A stretch of 44,781 nucleotides of DNA from a virus. The stretch lies in UHGV virus genome UHGV-0214457, one strand, 5' to 3'. Both the position numbers and the translations under genes were made by a program. Shown one piece after another: positions 15,926-26,489 of this stretch; the stretch's first letter is position 1; each line of letters begins with the position of its first letter. The notes under the pieces are model-generated. The model ran no database searches. It worked only from the letters and a program-made list of their open reading frames with translations, and was not told the origin of the DNA.

Positions 15926-17780
15926 GTATTTTTACCTCTGCCTTAATTTCGTTGGGAGAAAAGCTGTAATTGTAGCTCTCAATAATACCGCTGCGGTATC
16001 CATCATAATCTGTATCAATCCTAACCTTCTGTCCTAGTTTTTTATTTCCTATAAGTACATCCCCCACCACATTTTCTGCGCGCTGGTAATATGCATATAC
16101 ACGTTCAAGCACTTGCTGAGCATTACCATTGTGCACCAACGTCGCATTTGTTACTTCGCGAATATTTTTGTTAAACACAATATCGGGATTCTCTTTAAGT
16201 ATTGATGTTGTAAGATGGTTGTATTTCTTTCCGGTTAGTATTACATTTCCACCGGTTCCGGTTATGTAAGCATAGTTATCACCAGACTGACCAATGGTGC
16301 CGCCAGTTATCTCCAGACCATGATAAGGCTCATTAAAAATAACCTCTGCTGTTCCATTCAAAGTATCATTATATAGTTCTTGCGCCTCATCCGATTTTTG
16401 ATATGTATGAACTGTTAACCGGATTCCGGTGACAATATCAGAATGCTCCAATGTAACACCAGAAAATACTTCATCATTCAAAAATTCACCACTCAAATCA
16501 TTTTCTTGCGGATAGATAACAATTCCATCGTAATTGCTTGTATCTGCAATAGCTCCAATAGCAAAGCATATGTATACTAATGCGTTTCTCTTTGTGGTAT
16601 ACGGTATGTATCCATAAAGCGGAATATCTGAAAATGATTCATCCAACAAATAATTAAAATCTTCATTCTCAAATATTTTCTCTAATACTTCAGAAACCGG
16701 CTGGCCTGTATATATTCCTCCAGCGAATTCATTGCCATCCAATACGCCCACTGCATCATGCGCGTCCATATGGTAATCCGTTTTGTTTTTCCTGGCACCG
16801 TTTTTAAGATAAAAATTTCCTATGAGCTCACCGTTGAAATATAAAGTAAGTTTCTGCTTTTTCTGTAAATCAAACGGTATATTGGATGTTGTCCTTACCG
16901 TGAAATTCAATGTGTTAATACTTATGCTTTCTGATATTGCATTGATTTCTTGCAAACAGTTTCTTTCCAATAATTCGTTGTCCAGAAAATCACGGTATAT
17001 TCCATAATCTATTCTGGTAACAAATACTGGCCTTATGGGGTTTGATGTCTGCAAAAACGTTATTTCCAGTTTGTTATATCCTCTCACATAATTATTACAA
17101 AAATATCTGACTGAATCCGGGGAAAACTCCATATCTGACAAGAGGTTATTATCCGAGTACCACTTTACTCTCATTCGTGTACAATAATCTCCAGACATCA
17201 TATTAAAAGTAAAGAGCAATCCTACACTGGTGAATTTTTGATTAAAGGTTACTGTAAGCATGGGGGATTCAATTATCTTTTCAGTTGTTGATTTAGGATA
17301 TAAAAACATTCCTGGATGCAAACCTATTTGGGGCTTAAGTCCTTTGCTTTGCTTAACATATCCGAACAATCCTTGTTCATTTGATACTTCTGGGCTTATA
17401 TATCCATACGGAAGCGGATTATCTGGAAAATTGATATACTTTCCATTCAGCAGAGAAAACCGTGGAAAGCATAGAGCATATCCAGGATAAGAAATATCAT
17501 CTCGCTTTAATTCTGGAAATTCCTGCTCTGTTATTGTCCCACGCGGATGTAAACCAGGGCCTGGACGAAGTCCTATTCTCGGTCTTAATCCAGGTCTTGT
17601 AATGGATGCTGTACTATTTTCTTTGGCATAAGGGGCCAAGTCATCATAAACAATCTTTAATCCCTCAGTATTCTGTTCTGCATCAGATAATATGGATTGC
17701 TTTAAAAACACATCACGGCCTCCTCTGCGGCTCCATAGCGGTAAAGGTAATGGATAACCCGGTCCAATGGTTACGCTCAC
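15918..17780 (-). CDS. tail-associated protein (Tal/endopeptidase-tail-like)
   Basis: 620 aa, downstream of the tape measure and distal tail genes. Confidence 0.5.
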   Translation of the reverse strand: MSVTIGPGYPLPLPLWSRRGGRDVFLKQSILSDAEQNTEGLKIVYDDLAPYAKENSTASITRPGLRPRIGLRPGPGLHPRGTITEQEFPELKRDDISYPGYALCFPRFSLLNGKYINFPDNPLPYGYISPEVSNEQGLFGYVKQSKGLKPQIGLHPGMFLYPKSTTEKIIESPMLTVTFNQKFTSVGLLFTFNMMSGDYCTRMRVKWYSDNNLLSDMEFSPDSVRYFCNNYVRGYNKLEITFLQTSNPIRPVFVTRIDYGIYRDFLDNELLERNCLQEINAISESISINTLNFTVRTTSNIPFDLQKKQKLTLYFNGELIGNFYLKNGARKNKTDYHMDAHDAVGVLDGNEFAGGIYTGQPVSEVLEKIFENEDFNYLLDESFSDIPLYGYIPYTTKRNALVYICFAIGAIADTSNYDGIVIYPQENDLSGEFLNDEVFSGVTLEHSDIVTGIRLTVHTYQKSDEAQELYNDTLNGTAEVIFNEPYHGLEITGGTIGQSGDNYAYITGTGGNVILTGKKYNHLTTSILKENPDIVFNKNIREVTNATLVHNGNAQQVLERVYAYYQRAENVVGDVLIGNKKLGQKVRIDTDYDGYRSGIIESYNYSFSPNEIKAEVKIHE

Positions 17781-18123
17781 CTTCTTTTCCGTTCTTGTTG
17801 ATTTTTAAATCATCATCCCCGCTCGTTATGTATGCTTCAAACTCTTTGGTTTCTTGGCCATATGGGAATACCATATTATGAGACTCAACCGGAGCGGAGA
17901 TAATTTCATAAAATGTATCATAGTCAGCTGGGTTACTTCTTTCTGCATCAATATCGAGGGTGTAATTATAAAATGTACCAATGATATCACGGTGCATCCG
18001 GTAAGATTGCAAACGTCCAGAATTTTCACTATCTGCGACCGAAAAATTTCGCTTTAAGGATTTTACCCATAGACGGAGATTAACTCCGTCTATGGTAAAT
18101 ACTCCGTTCCCATTCTGTGCCAT
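17713..18123 (-). CDS. distal tail protein-like small structural protein
   Basis: directly follows the tape measure gene. Confidence 0.4.
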   Translation of the reverse strand: MAQNGNGVFTIDGVNLRLWVKSLKRNFSVADSENSGRLQSYRMHRDIIGTFYNYTLDIDAERSNPADYDTFYEIISAPVESHNMVFPYGQETKEFEAYITSGDDDLKINKNGKEGERNHWTGLSITFTAMEPQRRP

Positions 18124-21100
18124 TATACGCTTCCTTCCGTTACCATTCTTACACCTACACGATTCTTTTCGTTGTTTCCGAATTTGACTACAAGCTGACC
18201 AAATCTTGTACCATCAAGTATTAGCTCTGCTTTAGCAATCTGGTTTCTGCTAGATATATTGCTCTCTGCCAAAGCTTCTTTGAGAGCTTGCTTCATAGTT
18301 GACAAAGGGGATACCACTTCTGTTTCACGGTTGTTATCTCCCAGAATAGCAGCAAACATTCCAGCCCGTGGTGGTACTACTGTTCCGGTTGCAAGCATCG
18401 GCATTTTATATGGAACCGCTGCATAAGCAGACATGGGATAGGCACCTCTTCCCCCATACCCACCAGAATATCCGGCAGATGCAGCACGCTTACCAGCATT
18501 AATTGCTATTGTAGCAGCAGCTATTCCAGCGGCTAATGAAGCAGCTACAACACCAGCGCCCACGCCACCAGCCAAAGCGCCCAAAGCAACCGCCAAGATT
18601 CCTACTGCCGAAGCCGCTGCCAGTATACTTGCTATGACTTTTTCTGTTGGGGACATGTTGCTCCAGTTTTTGGCCAACACAGCAATCAACGATATTATGC
18701 CTGATATAGCAAGGATAAGGGGATTTATATTTGATACAGTCCTTGCTAAAAGTGAAATAACACGTTCTCCAATTGCTAAAAATCCTCCAAGATTGCTTAT
18801 TAATTGTCCTATTCCCAATACAAATTCTGAAAACTTCCACGCTGCAAAAAATGCCAGCACTGCAAGTGTAATATTTTCTACCAATGTCTGATTTTGACTT
18901 ACCCAATCCGAAAATTTAGTCAACCATTCAACAACTTTTTCTAATGCAGCTATGATAACTGCTCCGGTCCACTCTCCTAATGGCTGTAAAAATTCTTCCC
19001 ATAACCATATTCCCAATGGCTTCAGTGCATCAATCACACTATGTATTGCTTTCAGGGCTGCTGCAATTAAATCAAATACAGTTGGCAACGCTTGCTCTAC
19101 TCCCCATTTTGAAATTGGAAGTAGTACATTGTTAAGAAACCACAATATCAAGTTTCCAACATCTGATACAATAGGTTTTACAGCAATCAAAATCCTGTCA
19201 AAGCTTTCCAGCAAAGGTGAAAAATCCAAATCCGCAGACCATTGTTTTAAACTTTCTGATGCTTGACGAAAAAATCCTGTTATTTCAAGAATAATATCCC
19301 CAAGGTGCCTTAAAATGTTTGTTCCAGTATCCCCGGATACCCATGCCTTATCAAAATTGGTGACTAAATTTCCGACCGTATCAACTAAATTTGCAAAAGT
19401 GATTAGTAAATCATCTGTGATTGCTTTCCCATATCCTTCTACATTCCATACCTGCATGAATGATGCACCTACATCACTTGCAAGTTGCCTGATGGCAGAA
19501 AATGTATTTTGCAGCGAACTCATTACCTGTGGGCCATTTTCAAGCCACGATTCCTTAAGCGGGTCGAACAGTTTTCCAAGCGTATTCTTTATAGCCTCTG
19601 CCTGTAGCTTAATATCATTGGATACTTCTTCCGTGGTAAACATATCCTCTGGTTTAAGCTCGTTCTTATCTTCGCTTTTTTTCTTTCCTGTTGTTATCTG
19701 TATCAGCTTATCAAATGGTGCTAATGCCTTTTCTGTTTCTTTGGCTGCATCCTTGGTTTCGTCTTTGGTCTTATCCAGACTATCCGCGTAATCCTGCTGG
19801 ACCTTAACCGCCTTGACAAATGTATCCTTACCAGTTAATGCCGCCAGCAGTTGCGCCGTCCAGGTGACGGCCTGGGATAGCAAATTGATAAACTGTGCCA
19901 GGGCCGGAGCTGCGTATTCCACCAACGGGGAAAAGGCTGTGCCAAAAGAGTTTTTAAGCTGGGTCATACTGGACATCAGCATGGATAACGCTTTATTGGT
20001 ATCATCTGAATACTGGGACAGATTATCCATACCTTCTTTAAGGCCGCCTGTTACTGCTGATATTGCACGGAATACGGTGCTAAACAGGATAGAGGTTGCA
20101 AGCATACGACCTATTCCCATCCTTGCGCCTCTGGATGATTTTTCGGTATTTTTCAATCCCGTATTTAACTTTTTAGTTTCTTTTCCTGCTTTTTTAGTTC
20201 CGGTTGTATATTTGGTCAATGCGGCATTTAGTTTTTTTATCGTTGCAGTAACAGTATCATACTCTTTATATCCTGGTCCAAGTCCAGCCTTTTCTAAATC
20301 CTTTTGGCGTAAGGTGAGCCTTTCGATTTCTTCCCTAAGTTTTACCACAAGCGGATTGGATATCTTTGCATTTTGTCCGATTTCTGCAAGCCTTGCAGAT
20401 TCCGCAGCCGCAGCCGCCTCTTTTTGTTTTGCTTCTTCAAGCTTCTGATTTAATTTTGCTTGCTGTTCGGCTTGTTTTCTGGCTGATTCTGCTTCCTTTT
20501 CTCGCTGCGCATCGGTTTTAAACAGTTCGTTTTTATAATCCACTAACGCCTGTTCAGCACGTTTTAACGCTAGGGCTGTCTGGTCATATTCTATATCACC
20601 AAATGTCCTGCCCTGTTTACTTAATGTATCAAGCTGAGCCTTTAAAGTATTAATCTGCCCTTGCATACTTTCGGCAGATATCTCCACAGGTATTTCAACC
20701 GGTTTAACAAGCTGGCTTTTATAAGCCTTTAATTCTTCGTTTGCTTTTTGAAACGCTTGATAAGTCGAATCAAATGTTGCATCCCCAAATGTCTTACCCT
20801 GTTTTCCAAGGTCATCCAACTGTGATTTTAATGCGTTGATTTTTCCCTGCATCGAATCAATGTCTACTGGGATTTGTACTGGTTTAACCAACTGGTTTTT
20901 GTAATCTTTTAATTCCTGGTTGGCTTTTTGAAATGCTTTATATGTAGAATCAAAAGTTTCATCTCCAAATGTTTTCCCGCGGTCTTTAAGCCGTTGCAAA
21001 TCAAGTGCCAGTTTATCAATCTGTCCTTCAAGGGTCGATATATCCAATGGGAGCGCATTGGGTGTAGGGCTTATTAATTCTTTTTTATAATCTTTAAGAG

Positions 21101-21416
21101 CTTGTTGTACTTTCTGCAACTTTAAATATGTATTGTCATATTCTTCATCGCCAAAGTATAGGCCCTTGCCTTCCAAATCTTTGAGATTTTTTTTTAAGGT
21201 TTCAATTTCTCTTCGGAATTCGTTGTTTGATTTAGTTGCTGCTTCCATGTTGGAAACATAATTATCAACATAATCCTGAACACTTTTATCATACGAACCA
21301 ATTGCATCCGCAGACTTTCTAAGAGTGTTTTCTATATCTTTGGCTCCAATTTCAACACCATCAGTATTGAATTTTGTATCAATAATCACGCTTCCGTCTG
21401 CTGCCAAAAACATCAC
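18123..21416 (-). CDS. tail tape measure protein
   Basis: 1097 aa; ~5 tandem ~45-aa coiled-coil repeats (GKTFGD.TFDSTY.AFQKAN.ELK.YK.QLVKPV..PV.I); C-terminal TM/Gly-rich segment. Confidence 0.85.
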   Translation of the reverse strand: MMFLAADGSVIIDTKFNTDGVEIGAKDIENTLRKSADAIGSYDKSVQDYVDNYVSNMEAATKSNNEFRREIETLKKNLKDLEGKGLYFGDEEYDNTYLKLQKVQQALKDYKKELISPTPNALPLDISTLEGQIDKLALDLQRLKDRGKTFGDETFDSTYKAFQKANQELKDYKNQLVKPVQIPVDIDSMQGKINALKSQLDDLGKQGKTFGDATFDSTYQAFQKANEELKAYKSQLVKPVEIPVEISAESMQGQINTLKAQLDTLSKQGRTFGDIEYDQTALALKRAEQALVDYKNELFKTDAQREKEAESARKQAEQQAKLNQKLEEAKQKEAAAAAESARLAEIGQNAKISNPLVVKLREEIERLTLRQKDLEKAGLGPGYKEYDTVTATIKKLNAALTKYTTGTKKAGKETKKLNTGLKNTEKSSRGARMGIGRMLATSILFSTVFRAISAVTGGLKEGMDNLSQYSDDTNKALSMLMSSMTQLKNSFGTAFSPLVEYAAPALAQFINLLSQAVTWTAQLLAALTGKDTFVKAVKVQQDYADSLDKTKDETKDAAKETEKALAPFDKLIQITTGKKKSEDKNELKPEDMFTTEEVSNDIKLQAEAIKNTLGKLFDPLKESWLENGPQVMSSLQNTFSAIRQLASDVGASFMQVWNVEGYGKAITDDLLITFANLVDTVGNLVTNFDKAWVSGDTGTNILRHLGDIILEITGFFRQASESLKQWSADLDFSPLLESFDRILIAVKPIVSDVGNLILWFLNNVLLPISKWGVEQALPTVFDLIAAALKAIHSVIDALKPLGIWLWEEFLQPLGEWTGAVIIAALEKVVEWLTKFSDWVSQNQTLVENITLAVLAFFAAWKFSEFVLGIGQLISNLGGFLAIGERVISLLARTVSNINPLILAISGIISLIAVLAKNWSNMSPTEKVIASILAAASAVGILAVALGALAGGVGAGVVAASLAAGIAAATIAINAGKRAASAGYSGGYGGRGAYPMSAYAAVPYKMPMLATGTVVPPRAGMFAAILGDNNRETEVVSPLSTMKQALKEALAESNISSRNQIAKAELILDGTRFGQLVVKFGNNEKNRVGVRMVTEGSV

Positions 21417-21417
21417 C

Positions 21418-21975
21418 TCACTTTAGCAACTCTGCAAAATAATCAAATTCTTCTTTAGATTTGTCAGTGGATTTTTCAAGTTCACATAGCTTTTTATTGT
21501 TCTGTAAAAACTCCTGCTCCCACTTTTCTAAGCGCTTCCCTTTTGACAGTTTCTGCCGGATAGAAAGGACCTGAGAAAACAATCCGTCCCCAATTTCCAT
21601 GAACCATCCGTAGAAAGTCCACCAATGGATTATCTGGCATCCGCGTGTTTCAAACCCTGCAATTCTGTTAATCGCCGGGAAAATAATTCCTGCGTCCTGT
21701 TCCCAGTCAATTACACGCGGTGATGGAGTATCTTCATGCACCACACCACAGTCGATAAACCATAATGCTTTTTCTGCCGCTTCTGTCAAATCCTGCGGAG
21801 GCGGGATAATGGGCCAGTAAAGAATTTCAAGCATTGCTTGTGTTTTCTCTGGGTCAGATAATTCTTCATCTGCAAAAGCTGATAAAATATCTAATATTGC
21901 CCGGAAGTCCTCACGAATTTCATAATTTACCCCATTAACAGAGAGAGAATATGGGAGGGTCCACGCCGCATTCAT
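21418..21975 (-). CDS. Gp15-like tail assembly chaperone
   Basis: N-terminal MNAAWTLPYSLSVNGVNYEIREDFRAILDI; position before the tape measure. Confidence 0.55.
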   Translation of the reverse strand: MNAAWTLPYSLSVNGVNYEIREDFRAILDILSAFADEELSDPEKTQAMLEILYWPIIPPPQDLTEAAEKALWFIDCGVVHEDTPSPRVIDWEQDAGIIFPAINRIAGFETRGCQIIHWWTFYGWFMEIGDGLFSQVLSIRQKLSKGKRLEKWEQEFLQNNKKLCELEKSTDKSKEEFDYFAELLK

Positions 21976-22457
21976 TTTACGGGAAATGGGTATTTTCCCG
22001 GACCGGCATTATACTCTTGTGTATATTTTCCGGCCTTACTTTCCATTTCCGTAAAATTCTTACCAGTTTCCTGCTCTATGATTTTTTTGACACTTTCAAG
22101 GATTACCAGCGCCCAAGGGTCGCCGTTTTCCATAGGAGTAAATGGACTGGCGATTTTGAAGAAGCCAGAAGTATCCGCATTAAACAGATAATCAAATTTA
22201 TCTTGCAAAGACTTTGCATATCTGTTGATTGTCTCTAATGAGAGTTCTTCTTTTTTCTTGCTATCGAGAGTTTCTTTTAATTCCCTCCACATATCCTCAA
22301 ATGCTTTATACACATTCTGCTGCCGTTCGAATATGTCAAGGTCTGACGGGACAAATTTCAGAGTTGCCAGTATATCTCCGTGCTGGTCTGTGAAATCATA
22401 ATATTTAACCGGACTTTCGATTTTTATTGGTATATTAGGCATTCTTGTTTCCTCCAT
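21972..22457 (-). CDS. tail assembly chaperone (gpG-like)
   Basis: position between the major tail and tape measure genes; 4-bp overlaps. Confidence 0.45.
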   Translation of the reverse strand: MEETRMPNIPIKIESPVKYYDFTDQHGDILATLKFVPSDLDIFERQQNVYKAFEDMWRELKETLDSKKKEELSLETINRYAKSLQDKFDYLFNADTSGFFKIASPFTPMENGDPWALVILESVKKIIEQETGKNFTEMESKAGKYTQEYNAGPGKYPFPVK

Positions 22458-22993
22458 TATTCTGATAATGATGCAGGTTCTGCGCTGTCTGCGGTAAATG
22501 TCATAGTTGACGGGTCCACTGCTCCAAGCGTCCTATCTCCTACGTAATGGACTGTATGGGTTGCCGAAACGCCTTTAAGTCCTCCGGCAAAATCTCCCAA
22601 CTCGACCACGCCATCCTGTACCCAGGCACGCATCTTTCCGGTACTGTCGGTTTTGTATCGTTTTACGCAAAGATACTTCAAACGCAAATCAGACAACGTT
22701 GCCCTCTCTTCCATTAAGGTATCAATCTTCTGAGAGTACTTATTTTCCCCTGATATGTTGGTTGGGTCTACCGTCATGCTCTCTGCGTATCCGGTAATAT
22801 CATAGTTATTGTTTCCAAGCACATCCTGACTTTCTTCTGTTTCTGGATTCATTGAAATAGGCATATCTTCTACACCTTTTCCGATAATCTCAATGGTGTC
22901 TTTTTTGATTGTTGATGCATTACCATCTGTTACCCAAAACACCATAAAATCTTTTCTTTTTGCCTCTCCTTCGGCGTATGTCCATGTCGCCAC
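22457..22993 (-). CDS. major tail protein (probable GTG start at 22993; the track ORF extends to 23029)
   Basis: AGGAGA RBS 7 nt before GTG (VATWTY..); the extended N-terminus is encoded by the terminator hairpin. Confidence 0.5.
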   Translation of the reverse strand: MATWTYAEGEAKRKDFMVFWVTDGNASTIKKDTIEIIGKGVEDMPISMNPETEESQDVLGNNNYDITGYAESMTVDPTNISGENKYSQKIDTLMEERATLSDLRLKYLCVKRYKTDSTGKMRAWVQDGVVELGDFAGGLKGVSATHTVHYVGDRTLGAVDPSTMTFTADSAEPASLSE

Positions 22994-23010
22994 TGATTTT
23001 CTCCTTTCAT

Positions 23011-23063
23011 GATAAAAAAATAGAGCCATAGCTTAAGGCTCTGCGTCTTAGCGTCTGGCTCTA
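23011..23063 (-). terminator. rho-independent terminator (AGAGCC-loop-GGCTCT plus T7) with a 5' AGAGCCAGACGCTAAGACGC flank; separates the head and tail modules
   Basis: read directly; near-duplicate of the element at 27309-27369. Confidence 0.5.
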
Positions 23064-23576
23064 CCATCTTTCAAAATCATATTTATATTCTATCGATACC
23101 GGAAGTATCCAATCCTGCACACCACTTTCCTGCGGTTCCAGGCCATAAGAGTTATCACGGGTAACTTTGGTTATCTTCCTTCCCTGGGATAATGTGGGAT
23201 AATTTGATAATCGTTGCTCACTCACATCAATCACAACCGGCTCCCGGCATAACCACTTTCCAAATGTATCAAGAAATTCCTGTATGCTCATTTTCTGGCG
23301 CTCTTTTGTGGATGATGTACGGTATATAATATAGAAAGGATACTGGCAGGTCTGGTGAACTCCTCCAATCACGTCCTCTGTTTCAGAAAAGATTAAAGCT
23401 CCGTTATCTGCCGAAAATGCAATTCCGTAATCTTTTTCTAGTTCTTCAAATTTAACAGCTTCATATTCATATAAACCTGGGAATTGATTAAGCAACGCCT
23501 TTACCGCGGTCGTTAATACATCATAACCGCTTGCATCTTTCCCGATTGGTTTTCGTTCATCACCCACGTTTTCCAC
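23061..23576 (-). CDS. head-tail joining / minor structural protein
   Basis: position. Confidence 0.4.
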   Translation of the reverse strand: MENVGDERKPIGKDASGYDVLTTAVKALLNQFPGLYEYEAVKFEELEKDYGIAFSADNGALIFSETEDVIGGVHQTCQYPFYIIYRTSSTKERQKMSIQEFLDTFGKWLCREPVVIDVSEQRLSNYPTLSQGRKITKVTRDNSYGLEPQESGVQDWILPVSIEYKYDFERW

Positions 23577-24072
23577 CTCCAGCCGTTTTCTTGGCTTGCT
23601 TTATCCATGATTTACCGTCTGCTTTTTTGGCTGCATCAAACCATTTAGCCTGCGCCTTAGGATGCGCTGTTTTTGTATACTGTAAATCCTCTTTTGCTTT
23701 GGTTTTTCCTCCATATTGGCTTACTAATACCTTTTTAGTACCCTTTGTAGCCCAGGTACTACCAGTAACAACGCTAACCATAGTTTTACCCTGATATAAA
23801 AAACGACCAGCAGGTCCATAGGCAGCATACACTTTTCCAATCCCTTGTATTGCAGCACTTGCGGACCTGGTAACATCCACAAAATCGCCTGTAATCATAG
23901 GCATAAAAGGAACCATACTATTCATTACATTTCCGTCAAGTTCATATTGAGCATGCTGAAATTGTTTATCAAACCGGGATAATTTGAGCGTAATCTTTAT
24001 CTCTCCATCAACAACGGAAAAGCCTTTAAAATGTGTTGTTTTGCTCGCCATATTATTTCCCCAATATCTCAA
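23560..24072 (-). CDS. minor capsid / head-tail protein (Lys-rich C-terminus)
   Basis: position. Confidence 0.4.
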   Translation of the reverse strand: MRYWGNNMASKTTHFKGFSVVDGEIKITLKLSRFDKQFQHAQYELDGNVMNSMVPFMPMITGDFVDVTRSASAAIQGIGKVYAAYGPAGRFLYQGKTMVSVVTGSTWATKGTKKVLVSQYGGKTKAKEDLQYTKTAHPKAQAKWFDAAKKADGKSWIKQAKKTAGGGKRG

Positions 24073-24520
24073 AGTGAGGAATCACAGAGTATGGACCTCC
24101 AACAGAGGATACCAAATATACGAAGTCATACCGATTATTCATATAAGCATAAAAACCTTCACGATAATCTTCATCGTTTACCGGGCCGTTATCCCATACC
24201 CCTTCCCAGAAAAAGCAATTATCCGATGCATCAAAGGTAATGGTATCGTCCAGCAAATCATTTACCTGTCTCATCCACTCCTTCGGAGGAAGCCACGGCA
24301 ATTCTTTACCGTCAGTATCACGGATTATTTGTTTACCATCCTGTAATTCATAAGCTATGTGTAATTCGGCATTATCCGTGCTGTCTGGCCCATACTTTTT
24401 TAGTATTGCGCCTTTGTCGGTATTAAGGTCAACGCCTGATAATACATGGGGATACCAAATACCAACGCCAGTTGTGGATGATTCGTAGTAATTAAAAACT
24501 GTCACCGTGGCATTGTACAT
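24053..24520 (-). CDS. hypothetical head-associated protein
   Basis: position. Confidence 0.4.
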   Translation of the reverse strand: MYNATVTVFNYYESSTTGVGIWYPHVLSGVDLNTDKGAILKKYGPDSTDNAELHIAYELQDGKQIIRDTDGKELPWLPPKEWMRQVNDLLDDTITFDASDNCFFWEGVWDNGPVNDEDYREGFYAYMNNRYDFVYLVSSVGGPYSVIPHFEILGK

Positions 24521-24535
24521 AAGGTATCCCCTCCG

Positions 24536-24799
24536 TTATTTATTCATCTGCTTATACATCTGGTTAACGCCTGTAGCTGCCAGACCAGACACAGCACCGA
24601 CCGCCACAGCCGTGATATAGTCCGATGCCGGGAAATCTGGTATAGTTCCCATACCAAGCGCTCCCAGAACGCCACCCACAACAGCCATAATGACCGGTAT
24701 CCATTCGTCCGGTATCTTCTTTGCCGCTTTGCATCCAAGACCAACCACATAGCTTAAAGCCACAATAGCCACACATGTTCCCAATGTCGTTATATCCAT
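24536..24799 (-). CDS. small multi-TM membrane protein (holin-like) inside the head module
   Basis: 87 aa with 2-3 hydrophobic helices and a charged C-terminus. Confidence 0.4.
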   Translation of the reverse strand: MDITTLGTCVAIVALSYVVGLGCKAAKKIPDEWIPVIMAVVGGVLGALGMGTIPDFPASDYITAVAVGAVSGLAATGVNQMYKQMNK

Positions 24800-24801
24800 A
24801 T

Positions 24802-25299
24802 CTACCCCATTCCGGCGTACAGCAATGGAACGCCATTATTATCTCTTACTCCCATCAGATACACCTTTGCAGTATCATACAGGGGATTATTTGTTTCCTG
24901 TTTATTCCCCGCCGCAGAATATATATCACTCCAGGCTTTAGCTCCGTTAGCTATTTCTGACGGGGATGCATAGCTGATTGATTCGGAACCGGATGACTTT
25001 GACGTGATAACGCCTGTGGTTGCGCCGCCGGTCCCGCTGGTTATACTTCCCGCGGCGGCAGATAGCGCCTGTTTTTCTGCCAGTTCCAAACCATACAGTT
25101 TATCAGCTAATGCACATACGGCTTTCTTGATTTTGGTTTGCACTCGTTCATTATCTGGGAGGCCGTCAACCAATCTGTCAAATGTTATTTTATCAAGGAA
25201 GTCGCTTGCCCGTTCTGCCTGCTTATCAAATGATTGGGAATCCGGTATGGAACTGCCGTAGTATTTTGTTGTGTAAAACTCATAGTCTGCATATGCCAT
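24802..25299 (-). CDS. gp6-like head-tail connector (adaptor) protein
   Basis: N-terminal MAYADYEFYTTKYYGSSIPD...; position after the capsid gene. Confidence 0.55.
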   Translation of the reverse strand: MAYADYEFYTTKYYGSSIPDSQSFDKQAERASDFLDKITFDRLVDGLPDNERVQTKIKKAVCALADKLYGLELAEKQALSAAAGSITSGTGGATTGVITSKSSGSESISYASPSEIANGAKAWSDIYSAAGNKQETNNPLYDTAKVYLMGVRDNNGVPLLYAGMG

Positions 25300-25316
25300 G
25301 CCGGATTCTCCTTTCT

Positions 25317-26489
25317 TTAAGAGTGAGACGTTACATCGTCATTTCCAGATTTCAACGCCTTATAGGTATTGTCACACTCAACTACTGTGATATGATTCCC
25401 GGTCGTTGCCTTGATATCAGATTTACCGTCCCATGCTGTCCACGTCTTTACATTCTGACCATATTTCACTTCTGGAGCGGAATCAGTTGCCACTTTGTAC
25501 TTGTACATGTGTCCTGTTTCGAGGGGAGGTTCAACGGTTAATTTTGTGTTTCCTGATGTGCTTCCGGCCGAAGAAGTTACCGTCAGTGTTCCAAGAACGG
25601 GATTATCAGTAATATCAACAACTGCGATTCCGTCAATATATTCTGCAAACAAGGTAAGTCCCATGATTGCAAATGCTTCGGAAACAGCGGTATTGTAATT
25701 TCCCTGCGTATGGAATCCGATAAGGTTTGTCTCCCCGGCTCCAGTGGTATATACAAGACCCGCCCGTGCAAAATCGCTCTCATTTGGGTCCACATAGTAC
25801 ATTACAATGTTTTCCACCGGTGTAGCTATTACCTTTCCTCTTGCAATCTCCGAATCGGACAGCAGGAAGATTGTGTTGAATCCCATGAAATCCTTAAGAT
25901 ACTGGAAACCAAACTGATTCTGCACGGTGATTTCAGCTGCGCCCAAGTACTGATAAACATCCAGAATATTTACAAATCCAACCACACCTGTAACATTCCG
26001 GTGCATCTGCTTGAATTTGTTTTCTACCATTCCTTTTGCCATAGCAAGGGCCATCTGGAATGTAGTTTCCGTTCCAGTAAGTGTACCAGTATTCAGATAT
26101 GTATAGAATCGTTCTGTTACATTCGACTGAAGCTGGAACAAAAATTCATCGTCTGTCATCTGAACGGCATTTTCATAGCCGTGGTCTTTAATTGCTTCAA
26201 TGGAAACGGCCTTTGCATACTTCTCTATGGTCATCTCCGCATATGTCTTTTCCTTTACCGTAAATTTGCTGTAAGGGATTTCCTCTCCTTCGCCTACAGC
26301 ACCGCTCTGTAAAGTTCCTTCTGCATATTTGCTTTTCAGCACCGCGCCCGGTGTTTTCTTGATAGGACGCATAATCCCCAGGATATCCCGGAGGTGCTGC
26401 CAGTTCCGTTCAAACCGGGTCACAAAATCAATTTCTCGCGCTGTTACCTGTATGTCCGCGCTTGTGATTATATTGGCTTTTGCTGCCAT
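25317..26489 (-). CDS. major capsid protein with a C-terminal Ig-like domain
   Basis: 390 aa immediately after the scaffold gene; C-terminal Big-like TVTSSAGSTSGNTKLTV... segment. Confidence 0.6.
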   Translation of the reverse strand: MAAKANIITSADIQVTAREIDFVTRFERNWQHLRDILGIMRPIKKTPGAVLKSKYAEGTLQSGAVGEGEEIPYSKFTVKEKTYAEMTIEKYAKAVSIEAIKDHGYENAVQMTDDEFLFQLQSNVTERFYTYLNTGTLTGTETTFQMALAMAKGMVENKFKQMHRNVTGVVGFVNILDVYQYLGAAEITVQNQFGFQYLKDFMGFNTIFLLSDSEIARGKVIATPVENIVMYYVDPNESDFARAGLVYTTGAGETNLIGFHTQGNYNTAVSEAFAIMGLTLFAEYIDGIAVVDITDNPVLGTLTVTSSAGSTSGNTKLTVEPPLETGHMYKYKVATDSAPEVKYGQNVKTWTAWDGKSDIKATTGNHITVVECDNTYKALKSGNDDVTSHS